Shown here piece after piece: positions 43,613 to 54,721 of a stretch of 64,000 bases of DNA; within the stretch, counting starts at the first letter, position 1; each line of letters opens with the position of its first letter. This DNA is from an uncultured Clostridia bacterium. GTDB taxonomy: Bacteria; Bacillota; Clostridia; Oscillospirales; Acutalibacteraceae. The stretch lies in assembly GCA_944384815.1 (NCBI GenBank), contig CALWUW010000027.1:243-64242 (forward strand), written 5' to 3'. The notes under the pieces were generated by a model. It was not told where the DNA came from. It searched no databases and was given only the letters and a program-made list of their open reading frames with translations. The translations under genes were made by a program, and so were the position numbers.

Positions 43613-44553
43613 TGGGACGCTCCTTTCAGAAGCGCTTCCGCTTCTTCACATACTTGCTGCAGAATTTCGGCGGCCGGCTGCTCCCGGGTCACCAATCCGG
43701 CAATTTGTCCGCACAGGAAGGAGCCTTCCTTTTCGTTGCCTTCCACGGCAGCCTTCCGCAAAGAGCCCACACCGAAAGCTTCCAGCTCTTCCATGCTGGT
43801 TTCCGGCAGCCATTCTTTTTTGGCGTATTCCCGGCTGAAGGCGTTTTTCAGCCCACGGCAGGCATGCCCCAAACGGCGGCCGGTGACAATGGTGTCAATA
43901 TCCTTGGCTTTCAGCACTTTTTCCTTGTAAACCGGGTGCACGCCGCACTCTTTGGCCACCAGGAACCGGGTGCCCATCTGCACGCCGCAGGCGCCCAGCA
44001 TCAGCGCGGCGGCCAGCCCCCGGCCGTCTCCGATCCCGCCGGCGGCGATCACCGGAATATGGACAGCGTCCGCCACCTGGGGCACCAAAGGCATGGTGGC
44101 CGCTTCTCCGATGTGTCCGCCGCTTTCACCGCCCTCGGCGATCACGGCGTCCGCCCCGTGCTTTTCCATCATCCGGGCCAGCGCCACACTGGCTACCACC
44201 GGGATCACCCGGATACCGGCGGATTTCCACATGGACATATATTTGGAAGGGTTTCCGGCGCCGGTGGTGACAACGGGGACCTGTTCCTCCACCACAACCT
44301 GGGCCACATCGTCGGCAAAGGGGCTCATCAGCATAATGTTTACGCCGAAAGGCTTGGAAGTGCGGCTTTTGGCTTCCCGGATCTGTTCCCGAAGCCAGGA
44401 AGCGTTGGCGTTCATAGCGGAGATAATGCCTAGCCCGCCGCCTTCGCTGACAGCGGCTGCCAGCTTGCCGTCGGCGATCCAGGCCATGCCGCCCTGAAGC
44501 ACAGGGTAGCGGATTTCCAGAAGTTCACAGATAGGAGATTGCAGCATATTCAT
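43597..44553 (-). CDS. fabK: Enoyl-ACP reductase II (FMN-dependent, nitronate monooxygenase fold)
   Basis: YPVLQGGMAWI and AAGGIGDGRG are present, and the gene sits between acpP and fabD as in streptococcal-type clusters. Confidence 0.85.
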   Translation of the reverse strand: MNMLQSPICELLEIRYPVLQGGMAWIADGKLAAAVSEGGGLGIISAMNANASWLREQIREAKSRTSKPFGVNIMLMSPFADDVAQVVVEEQVPVVTTGAGNPSKYMSMWKSAGIRVIPVVASVALARMMEKHGADAVIAEGGESGGHIGEAATMPLVPQVADAVHIPVIAAGGIGDGRGLAAALMLGACGVQMGTRFLVAKECGVHPVYKEKVLKAKDIDTIVTGRRLGHACRGLKNAFSREYAKKEWLPETSMEELEAFGVGSLRKAAVEGNEKEGSFLCGQIAGLVTREQPAAEILQQVCEEAEALLKGASQWVNG

Positions 44554-44594
44554 TCCTCTTTCCTGTATTTCCAATCAAAGTTCCTTTCCTATAG

Positions 44595-44650
44595 GTCTGC
44601 CGTCTGCCGTCTGCCATATGCCGTCTGCCGCATGTGGTCGGTCGTGGCTG
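44595..44650. repeat. Drifting tandem heptamer array (GTCTGCC type, 8 units)
   Basis: The sequence reads GTCTGCC GTCTGCC GTCTGCC ATATGCC GTCTGCC GCATGTG GTCGGTC GTGGCTG. Confidence 0.9.
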
Positions 44651-44733
44651 TGCCGGCAGGAACCTGCCGGGGAAAGGAACGGAATCGTTTTTTCTGAAAA
44701 TAGGGGAAAGGCCGGAATCATCCGGCCTTCGCG

Positions 44734-44952
44734 TCAGTCCTTCCGGATCAGATCCAGCAGGTCGGCAATGGTTTTCAGGTTGTCATCCAGCTCAATGGAA
44801 ACGCCGAATTCGTCCTCGCAAGCCATGGTCATATCCACCAGGTCCAGGGAGTCCAGCTCCAGCTCCTGAAAAGTGGTTTCCGGCGTCAAGGTGCCGGGCT
44901 CCAGCTCTTTATACTCGCAGATGATTTTTTCCAGTCTTTCAAGATCGGTCAT
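44734..44952 (-). CDS. acpP: Acyl carrier protein
   Basis: It is 72 aa, with the phosphopantetheine site LDSLD. Confidence 0.9.
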   Translation of the reverse strand: MTDLERLEKIICEYKELEPGTLTPETTFQELELDSLDLVDMTMACEDEFGVSIELDDNLKTIADLLDLIRKD

Positions 44953-45084
44953 ACTTCATTCTCCTTACTTTTCATTGGGTGATCGTCCATATATAGTCAA
45001 TTCGCAGGCGAAACGCAGGGGATCAAAGCCCCGGCGTTTTCATGTGCGGAAAAGGACGCAAAATAAATGGTTTCCAAAGGGTGT

Positions 45085-45232
45085 TTTCTGGTTTCTCGGT
45101 TTCCCAGGTTCCTGGGTTCCCGAATTTCGGGGATGCCGGAAACTTGGGGATAGCGGAAAGCCTGTGGAAAGCTTGATCCGGCCCGAGAATCAGGGGTCAG
45201 GGCTCAGGACGCAGGGCTCAGGAATCAGGGCT
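45085..45232. repeat. Long composite drifting repeat (GGTTTCY ... GGAAAGC ... TCAGGGC units) in the fabH-acpP spacer
   Basis: It runs from GGTTTCT CGGTTTCC CAGGTTCC TGGGTTCC ... to TCAGGGG TCAGGGC TCAGGAC GCAGGGC TCAGGAA TCAGGGC, and the last unit abuts the fabH stop codon. Confidence 0.8.
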
Positions 45233-46184
45233 CCCAGCGCACAAGGGCCGTGCCGGATGTGAACCCGGCGCCGAACCCGCAGAGGATCATCAGATCCCCC
45301 GGCTTCAGCAGTTGGTCTCTGCGGCAGAAGTCCAGAAGCACCGGAATGCTGGCGGCGGAAAGGTTTCCTGTTTCCTGAATGCACAGGCGGTAACGATCCC
45401 CGGGGATGGGAAGTTTTTTCCGGGCGGCGTCGATGATCCGCAGATTGGCCTGGTGTAGGATTACATGGCGAATTTCCTCCGGGGAAACCCCGGTCTCCTG
45501 CAGAATGGTCTCGATGCCGGAGCAAATGGTGCTCACCGCAAATTTATATACTTCCTGCCCGTCCATATGGACAAAATGGTTTTCCGGTTTTACCGAAAGC
45601 CAGGGACTGTTTCCTCCCGGAAAACAACCGTGCAGCGGCTCCGGGCAGCCTTTGGTCTCCAGATGCAGGGAAAGCAGGCTTTCCCCTTCTCCCAACACCA
45701 CCGCGCCGGCGCCGTCTCCAAAAAGAACGCAGGTGGAGCGGTCCTCCCAGTCCATAATGCGGCTCAGGCCTTCCGCGGCGGCGATCAGCACATACCGGGC
45801 TTTTTTCCGGGCGAAAATGCCCTCCGCCGCGTCCAGGGCAAAAAGGAAACCGCTGCAGGCGGCGTTGATGTCCATAGCCGGGCAGTGGGCGCCTAAAGCG
45901 GCTTGCAGCGTGGCGCTGAGCCCGGGGGTGATATAATCGCCCCCTACAGTGGGGCAGAGGATCCAGCCCAGCTCTTCCGGGACAATCCCCGCCTGCTCCA
46001 GCGCCTTTCGGGACGCTTCTGCCGCCAGATCCGTAACGGTTTCCGTGGTCATCACATGCCGGCGGCAGATCCCGGTGCGGGTGCGGATCCATTGATCGCT
46101 GGTGTCCAGGATCTGGGCCAAGTCGTCATTGGTTTTTACACATTGCGGCAGAGCACTGCCGGTTCCTAAAATTCGAAAGCTCAT
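45225..46184 (-). CDS. fabH: Beta-ketoacyl-ACP synthase III
   Basis: INAACSGFLFAL carries the Cys. HQAN and GFGAGFT are also present. Confidence 0.9.
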   Translation of the reverse strand: MSFRILGTGSALPQCVKTNDDLAQILDTSDQWIRTRTGICRRHVMTTETVTDLAAEASRKALEQAGIVPEELGWILCPTVGGDYITPGLSATLQAALGAHCPAMDINAACSGFLFALDAAEGIFARKKARYVLIAAAEGLSRIMDWEDRSTCVLFGDGAGAVVLGEGESLLSLHLETKGCPEPLHGCFPGGNSPWLSVKPENHFVHMDGQEVYKFAVSTICSGIETILQETGVSPEEIRHVILHQANLRIIDAARKKLPIPGDRYRLCIQETGNLSAASIPVLLDFCRRDQLLKPGDLMILCGFGAGFTSGTALVRWEP

Positions 46185-46284
46185 ATACAGCCCGCCGCTT
46201 TCGCCTGGCGAAAGCTTCCTTTCATTGGAATATTCTCCGGAATGTTCAAAGCCGGAAGGGGGAAACCACAGGGCAGGATCTTTG

Positions 46285-46770
46285 TCAGGAAGGATCCTCC
46301 GAGGGTTTCTCCTGTTTGTGAAGATTCCGGTCCAGAAAAGCGTTCAGCTTGCCCATTCCCCGAAGCAGAGCGGCTTTTTCCTCCTCTTCCATGTCTCCGG
46401 CGATGGAGGCCGCCATTTTTCGGTGAAAATATTCATGGGCCCGGTTGACTTTATTGCCCAGAGCCGTAAGCCGCACATGGACCATCCGGCCGTCCCGCTG
46501 GCTTTTCTGTTTCTCCACAAACCCTTTTTTCACCAGCTTGTTGATGGCCAGGGTAACGGAGGGGAGGCTGATGCCCAGGCAGTCTGAAATTTCGCTGATG
46601 GTCTTTCCCTCCGGATATTCCCGGGGAGCGCCCACGGCTTCCAGAAGATGGATCTCGCCGATGGTCAGGTTCATGCGCCGCAGACTGCTGAGCTGCTGCT
46701 CCTCGATTTGCTCAATGGACCGATAGGCCCGGACAAGCAGGGAATTCAGTTGGGATTCAAAACTGGCCAT
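46285..46770 (-). CDS. fabT: MarR-family regulator at the head of the fab operon (FabT-like)
   Basis: It has a winged HTH (ISEISDCLGISLPSVTLAINKLVKKGFVEKQKSQRDGR) and sits directly upstream of fabH. Confidence 0.75.
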   Translation of the reverse strand: MASFESQLNSLLVRAYRSIEQIEEQQLSSLRRMNLTIGEIHLLEAVGAPREYPEGKTISEISDCLGISLPSVTLAINKLVKKGFVEKQKSQRDGRMVHVRLTALGNKVNRAHEYFHRKMAASIAGDMEEEEKAALLRGMGKLNAFLDRNLHKQEKPSEDPS

Positions 46771-46790
46771 GGCGCACCACCTTAAAAAAT

Positions 46791-46837
46791 AATTAGTTAG
46801 GCAAACAAATTATATTCTTTGAAAAACCGCTTGTCAA
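46791..46837 (-). promoter_or_regulatory. Consensus sigma-A promoter (TTGACA-17-TATAAT on the minus strand) with an overlapping inverted repeat AATTAGTT-N4-AAACAAATT (candidate FabT operator)
   Basis: The -35 is at 46832-46837, the -10 at 46809-46814 and the inverted repeat at 46791-46811, spanning the -10 edge and the likely start site. Confidence 0.6.
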
Positions 46838-46864
46838 GCCAAAAATTAAAATTATTTGAAAATC

Positions 46865-46906
46865 AAAATAAAAAGCGGTATACCGAATTTTTTCGGTATA
46901 CCGCTT
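46865..46906 (-). terminator. Intrinsic terminator of secA
   Basis: A 15-bp stem AAGCGGTATACCGAA/TTCGGTATACCGCTT is followed by a U-run on the minus strand. Confidence 0.85.
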
Positions 46907-46932
46907 GCAGGCATCCGCCGCTTACGGGCATA

Positions 46933-49692
<2,760 letters not shown>

Positions 49693-49904
49693 TGCGTTCA
49701 CCTCAAAAATTCCGGGGCGCCGTTTGAAAAGGAACCCCTGTAGTTTCTATGTGGATACACCGCGGAAAAAAAGCGGTGAAAAAATCCGTACGATCTTTTG
49801 TAGTATAGCATAATCCGGGAAAAAAAGGAAGGGATTTCTGGGAGAGACGGGGGAAGATCCGGAAAAAACTTTGTGAAATTTTTCATGAGCTCCAATTTGA
49901 ACTA

Positions 49905-49933
49905 TTGCGAAAAAAGTGGAAATAGCCTATAAT
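49905..49933 (+). promoter_or_regulatory. Sigma-A-type promoter TTGCGA-17-TATAAT
   Basis: Read directly from the sequence. It is followed by a ~110-nt leader with hairpins TTCCAG/CTGGAA and GCACC/GGTGC before the 50051 start. Confidence 0.6.
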
Positions 49934-50050
49934 AGAATCGTTGTGAAATCTATTCCAGAAAGAACTGGAAAATCCGGCACCTGTGGGTGCAAGATGGAGT
50001 TCAGTGGCCGAAATGGCCTGGAAGATTAAAACCGAAAGGAGTACTGCATT

Positions 50051-50743
50051 ATGAATTATTCCCACGAAGTGGAAAGAATGTGTACTGTAGCCAAGGGCCC
50101 TCATCATGGTCCCGCCCCCATTCCGGAAGAAGGAAAATGGGTCAAAGCGTATGATATTAAGGACATTTCCGGCCTTTCCCACGGTGTGGGCTGGTGTGCT
50201 CCCCAGCAGGGCGCCTGCAAGCTTACGCTGAATGTGAAGGACGGCATTGTTCAGGAAGCCCTGGTGGAAACGCTGGGCTGCTCCGGCATGACCCATTCCG
50301 CCGCTATGGCTGCGGAGATTCTCCCTGGCAAAACGCTGCTGGAATGCCTGAATACGGACCTGGTGTGTGACGCTATCAACGTTGCCATGCGGGAAATCTT
50401 CAAGCAGCTGGCTTACGGCCGCAGCCAGACGGCTTTCTCCGAGGACGGTCTGCCCATTGGCGCCGGATTGGAAGATCTGGGCAAGGGCCTGCGCTCTCAG
50501 GTAGGCACCATGTTCAGCACCAAGGCCAAGGGCGTTCGCTACATGGAAATGGCGGAAGGCTATGTCATCAAGATGGCTCTGGATGAAAACGATGAAGTGA
50601 TCGGATACCAGTTTGTCCGCCTGGGCAAAATGCTGGAAGATATTCGTCACGGCGTAAATCCCGAAGAGGCGTACAAAAAGAACATTGGCCAGTATGGCCG
50701 GTTCGACGGCGCCGCCAAGTACATTGACCCCCGTGAAGAATAA
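50051..50743 (+). CDS. NifU/IscU-N-terminal-like Fe-S scaffold-type protein
   Basis: Three Cys residues sit in IscU-like contexts (GWCAPQQGAC, ETLGCSGMTHSAAMA, DLVCDAINVA). An AAAGGAG RBS is present. Confidence 0.65.
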   Translation: MNYSHEVERMCTVAKGPHHGPAPIPEEGKWVKAYDIKDISGLSHGVGWCAPQQGACKLTLNVKDGIVQEALVETLGCSGMTHSAAMAAEILPGKTLLECLNTDLVCDAINVAMREIFKQLAYGRSQTAFSEDGLPIGAGLEDLGKGLRSQVGTMFSTKAKGVRYMEMAEGYVIKMALDENDEVIGYQFVRLGKMLEDIRHGVNPEEAYKKNIGQYGRFDGAAKYIDPREE

Positions 50744-50776
50744 GCTGACAAAGCAGAAAAAGGAGGACGAAACTCT

Positions 50777-51781
50777 ATGGCTAACGATGTAAAGTTTGAA
50801 GGCAAAGAGAGAAGAATGGCCAAAATAGAAAAATGTCTTGCCGAGTATGGCCTTGCCAGCTTGGAAGACGCCCGGGATCTGTGCCTCTCCAAAGGCATTG
50901 ATGTGGACAAGATCGTAAAGGGTGTGCAGCCCATCGCGTTTGAGAACGCTTCCTGGGCATATACGCTGGGCTGTGCTGTTGCTCTGAAGAAGGGCGTGGC
51001 CACAGCGGCGGAAGCGGCGGAAGCCATCGGCATTGGCCTGCAGGCGTTCTGCATCCCCGGCTCCGTTGCGGAGAACCGCAGGGTAGGCCTGGGCCACGGC
51101 AACCTGGGCGCCATGCTGCTCCGGGACGAGACCAAGTGCTTCGCGTTCCTGGCAGGGCATGAGTCCTTTGCCGCGGCGGAAGGCGCCATCGGCATTGCCA
51201 AGACGGCTAACCGTGCCCGGAAAGAGCCCCTGCGGATCATCCTCAACGGCCTGGGCAAGGACGCTGCGTATATTATTTCCAGAATCAACGGCTTTACCTA
51301 TGTAAAGACGGAATATGATTTTTATACCGATGAGCTTTCCATTGTGGAGACCCGTTCCTTCTCCGAAGGCGAGCGGGCAGCCGTAAAGTGCTACGGCGCC
51401 AACGATGTTCTGGAAGGCGTAGCGATTATGAAGCATGAGGGCGTGGATGTTTCCATCACCGGCAACTCTACCAACCCCACCCGCTTCCAGCATCTGGTAG
51501 CAGGCACCTATAAGAAATGGGCGCTGGAGAACGGCAGAAAGTACTTCTCCGTAGCTTCCGGCGGCGGCACCGGCCGTACCCTGCATCCGGACAACATGGC
51601 CGCAGGCCCTGCTTCTTACGGCTTGACGGACTCCATGGGCCGTATGCATGGCGACGCGCAGTTTGCCGGATCTTCCTCCGTGCCGGCGCACGTAGAAATG
51701 ATGGGCCTGATCGGCATGGGCAACAACCCCATGGTTGGTGCTACCGTGGCCTGCGCTGTGGCGGTATCCGAAGCGAAATAA
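50777..51781 (+). CDS. GGGtGRT-family protein (uncharacterised)
   Basis: The eponymous motif is visible as SVASGGGTGRTLHPDN. An AAAGGAGGA RBS is present. Confidence 0.8.
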   Translation: MANDVKFEGKERRMAKIEKCLAEYGLASLEDARDLCLSKGIDVDKIVKGVQPIAFENASWAYTLGCAVALKKGVATAAEAAEAIGIGLQAFCIPGSVAENRRVGLGHGNLGAMLLRDETKCFAFLAGHESFAAAEGAIGIAKTANRARKEPLRIILNGLGKDAAYIISRINGFTYVKTEYDFYTDELSIVETRSFSEGERAAVKCYGANDVLEGVAIMKHEGVDVSITGNSTNPTRFQHLVAGTYKKWALENGRKYFSVASGGGTGRTLHPDNMAAGPASYGLTDSMGRMHGDAQFAGSSSVPAHVEMMGLIGMGNNPMVGATVACAVAVSEAK

Positions 51782-52003
51782 ATTTTCACACCTGCAAAGG
51801 TTGAAACTGCCAAATTTGGCAGGCATAAAAGAGATCCAAAGAGGGAACGTTCTCTGTAGAGGGAGCGTTCCCTTTTCTTTATACATGATACATAAAAGGA
51901 ACCGAAGGGAAAGGGGAAAACTGGACTTTTACGGGAAATCGTGGTATTCTTTTTGTAGAATTTAGGGGAAATAGCGGAATTGGGTTTGAAGGGTTTGAGG
52001 AAA

Positions 52004-54268
52004 ATGAAAAAAACTGCCGTGGGAGAACAAAAAAATTTGCATAAAGTTTCACGGCCTGCATGGGGCTCCCGAGCAATTTTAATTACGCTTACGGTGACCA
52101 TTGTGGGAATTTGCGTGTGGATGCTGTCCAATACCGATGGGCTGCGTCAGGCGGTGGATGAAAAAACTAAGGCGTATGTGGAAGAGGTTTCTGTGCAGTT
52201 GGCCAGTGATATTGACTATCGCCTTTCCAAGATCCAGATGGATCTGGAGATGCTGAAAGACAGCATTAAGCAGTTTGACCGTCATTCGCAAAAGGATGCG
52301 CTGGAAAACTTTCTCCAACGGAAGGCGGATATCTTGGATTTTACCAATTTGATCCTTCTTTATAAAGATGGAGAAGTGTTCTCCTCCGAAGGTGTTCAGG
52401 AGGAAGTTTTGCAGGCCCAGGGAATACAGGATGCGCGTTTGGGAAAATACGGGGTCTCCTTTTTGGGAAATCAGGAAATCCTGTATTCCATTCCTGTTTA
52501 TGAAAACGGAACGATCACCGGCGTCCTGGCCGGGCTTCGAAGCAAGGAAAATATGCAGGACCTGATCCAGCCTCGGAGTTTTTCCGGGCAGGGTCTCAGC
52601 TGCATTGTGGACCAAAAGGGTGAGGTGATTGTTTCGCCTACGGAGTTAGATCCTTTTTTGCATCTGGAAGATATTTTCCGGCAGGGAGATACCGAGGCTG
52701 CTTCGGCGATTCTGGAGATGCAAAGCAATATGCAAGAAAACAAGGGAGGAACTTTTTTTCTGACGGCGGCGGACAGCAGCAATTTAGTGCTTTCCTATAA
52801 TCCGCTGCCCAGTTATGACTGGGTTTTGCTGACTCTGGTCCCTTCCAATCTGATTTCCCACGATACGGATCATTTTGTGGCGCAAATGTATATAATTGTT
52901 TTCGGAATCATTTGTCTGTTTGCGCTGATTTTGTGGCTTTCTTTCCATTTGCACAAACGATATTACCGCCGTTTGGAAAAGGTTGCGTTTACGGATCCTG
53001 TAACCGGAGGGATGAACAACGCGGCCTTTCAGCTGAAATGCCGGGAGCTGATTTCCCAGGCAAAGCCGGGGTCCTATACCGTGCTTCTTCTGAATCTGCG
53101 GAATTTTAAGCTGATCAACGAAACCTTCGGAAGCCGGGAAGGAGACCGAACCCTTCGGCATGTTATGGGAATTTTGAAAGAAGAAGTGGGAGAAAAGGAG
53201 GCGGCAGCCCGAGGGGATGCCGATGTGTTTTACCTTTGTCTCCAGGAAAACAGACAGGAAGTTCTTCAAAACCGGTTGGATGCTATTCGGGAGAAAATCA
53301 ATGCGTTTAATCAAGGAAGAAAAGACCCCTACTATCTTACGGTAAATGCCGGCGCGTATGTTGTGGAGGATCCGGAACTGGAGATCACTCTGGCCCAGGA
53401 TCGGGCCCAAACCGCCTACCAAAGCCGCACGTCCCGGCAGGAAAATGTCTGTGTATTTTACGATGCGGCCTTTACGCAAAAATTGAAAGAAGAGAGAAAC
53501 CTTAATAATCTTTTCCGGGAATCCTTGGCCAAGCGTTTCTTCAAAGTGTATCTACAGCCCAAGGTTTATCCGGGAAGCGGAAAAACAGCGGGCGCGGAGG
53601 CGTTGATTCGTTGGGAGCACCCGGAACGGGGCACCATCTACCCTTCGGAATTTATTCCTTTATTTGAGCGCAACGGAAAAATCTGCGCGCTGGACCTGTT
53701 TGTGTTTGAGGAAGTGTGCCGGATGCTCCACAGACGGAAAGAAAGAGGAATGCCTTGCTGCCCGGTATCGGTGAATCTTTCCAGGGCGCATTTTGCCGCA
53801 AAAGATTTTTTGGAGCCCTTTGGAAAGCTGGCCAAAGCCTATGAAATTCCCGAGGGTTGGATCGAGCTGGAGTTTACTGAGTCGGTTTTCTTTGAAGAAG
53901 AGGATATTGAACGGGCAAAGGAACAAATTCGGGAAATGCATCGGATGGGATTTCGCTGTTCTTTGGATGATTTCGGAGCGGGATTTTCTTCTTTGGGGCT
54001 TTTAATGGAGTTTGATGTGGACGCCATTAAGCTGGACCGCCGGTTTTTCCGGAACATCCAAAGCCGGAAATCCAGGATCGTTGTGGAAAGCGTCGTGGGG
54101 TTGGCCAGGAGGATCGGCGCGGACGTTGTGGCGGAAGGTGTTGAAACGGAGGAACAGCTTCAGTTTGCCCGGGATACGGGATGCCCTATGGTTCAGGGCT
54201 ATGTATACGCCAAGCCCATGCCTATGCAGACCTTTGAAGAGCAATGGCTGGCGGAGAACAAACTGTGA
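52004..54268 (+). CDS. Membrane sensor protein: extracytoplasmic Cache-like domain, degenerate GGDEF domain, EAL phosphodiesterase domain
   Basis: Two TM helices flank a ~250-aa ectodomain. The GG(D/E)EF position reads RGDADVF. The EAL blocks EALIRWEHP, DDFGAGFSSL and EGVETEEQ are intact. Confidence 0.85.
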   Translation: MKKTAVGEQKNLHKVSRPAWGSRAILITLTVTIVGICVWMLSNTDGLRQAVDEKTKAYVEEVSVQLASDIDYRLSKIQMDLEMLKDSIKQFDRHSQKDALENFLQRKADILDFTNLILLYKDGEVFSSEGVQEEVLQAQGIQDARLGKYGVSFLGNQEILYSIPVYENGTITGVLAGLRSKENMQDLIQPRSFSGQGLSCIVDQKGEVIVSPTELDPFLHLEDIFRQGDTEAASAILEMQSNMQENKGGTFFLTAADSSNLVLSYNPLPSYDWVLLTLVPSNLISHDTDHFVAQMYIIVFGIICLFALILWLSFHLHKRYYRRLEKVAFTDPVTGGMNNAAFQLKCRELISQAKPGSYTVLLLNLRNFKLINETFGSREGDRTLRHVMGILKEEVGEKEAAARGDADVFYLCLQENRQEVLQNRLDAIREKINAFNQGRKDPYYLTVNAGAYVVEDPELEITLAQDRAQTAYQSRTSRQENVCVFYDAAFTQKLKEERNLNNLFRESLAKRFFKVYLQPKVYPGSGKTAGAEALIRWEHPERGTIYPSEFIPLFERNGKICALDLFVFEEVCRMLHRRKERGMPCCPVSVNLSRAHFAAKDFLEPFGKLAKAYEIPEGWIELEFTESVFFEEEDIERAKEQIREMHRMGFRCSLDDFGAGFSSLGLLMEFDVDAIKLDRRFFRNIQSRKSRIVVESVVGLARRIGADVVAEGVETEEQLQFARDTGCPMVQGYVYAKPMPMQTFEEQWLAENKL

Positions 54269-54304
54269 TATGGAAACGTTTCCTGAAGGAAGCGGCAAGA
54301 ATAG

Positions 54305-54336
54305 AAATTCCCGGCTGCAGCAGCCGGGAATTTTTG
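54305..54336 (+). terminator. Intrinsic terminator
   Basis: The stem AAATTCCCGGCTG/CAGCCGGGAATTT is followed by TTTTG. Confidence 0.8.
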
Positions 54337-54579
54337 TAAAAAAAGAAAGAATAAACGAAAAGAAAGATAAATTTTACATAAAAAATATAGAATCAAGAAT
54401 AAAAAATTGTCGGTTTCAGCAGAGAGTTTGTATTGCCTTCCTTACGAACTCATGGTATAGTTATACTATACTTTGTGAATAGAGTTTGAATGGAATGTAA
54501 AGAAATATGATTGCCCGGCATCGGACCTGGATACAGCCCATGGTTGATTTTCGTTTTTCAAGGTTCGGGCGTCCCTTAT

Positions 54580-54606
54580 AAAAACAATCCCCTGAGGATT
54601 GTTTTT
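54580..54606 (+). terminator. Terminator-like hairpin inside the permease leader (possible attenuator)
   Basis: An 11-bp stem AAAAACAATCC/GGATTGTTTTT ends in a T-run, 115 nt before the permease start. Confidence 0.5.
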
Positions 54607-54721
54607 CACGTTTAAGGCGTATTCCTTTTTGCAGTCTCTGCAGAAAAAGCAGATGAGAGGGTATAGTACGGAAGGCTTTGCTTTCCGCAGTATAAATTTA
54701 TTATGAAAAAGGAGATCGGAC

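Noticed and set aside
40253-43930. + strand ORFs of 495 and 408 codons opposite accB/fabF and fabD/fabK. Similar ORFs lie opposite accC, GH13 (58769-60184) and the SCIFF maturase (60593-61951).
   Set aside because: They are antisense to genes with active-site motifs, and their composition is typical of reverse-frame translation.
49698-49895. A 65-codon minus-strand ORF just upstream of, and overlapping, the secA start (a possible SecM-like leader peptide).
   Set aside because: It has no RBS and it spans the probable secA promoter (TGCTATACT -10). SecM-type leaders are not known in Firmicutes. It is most likely non-coding 5' UTR or promoter sequence.
49883-51886. A 667-codon minus-strand ORF opposite the NifU-like and GGGtGRT genes.
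   Set aside because: The + strand genes have RBSs, a promoter and family motifs. The antisense product is Gly/Ala/His-rich with no domain signature.
54440-54721. A canonical guanine/adenine riboswitch upstream of the purine permease.
   Set aside because: I could not find the conserved purine-riboswitch core elements by eye. I report it only as an unexplained structured leader and do not annotate it as a riboswitch.
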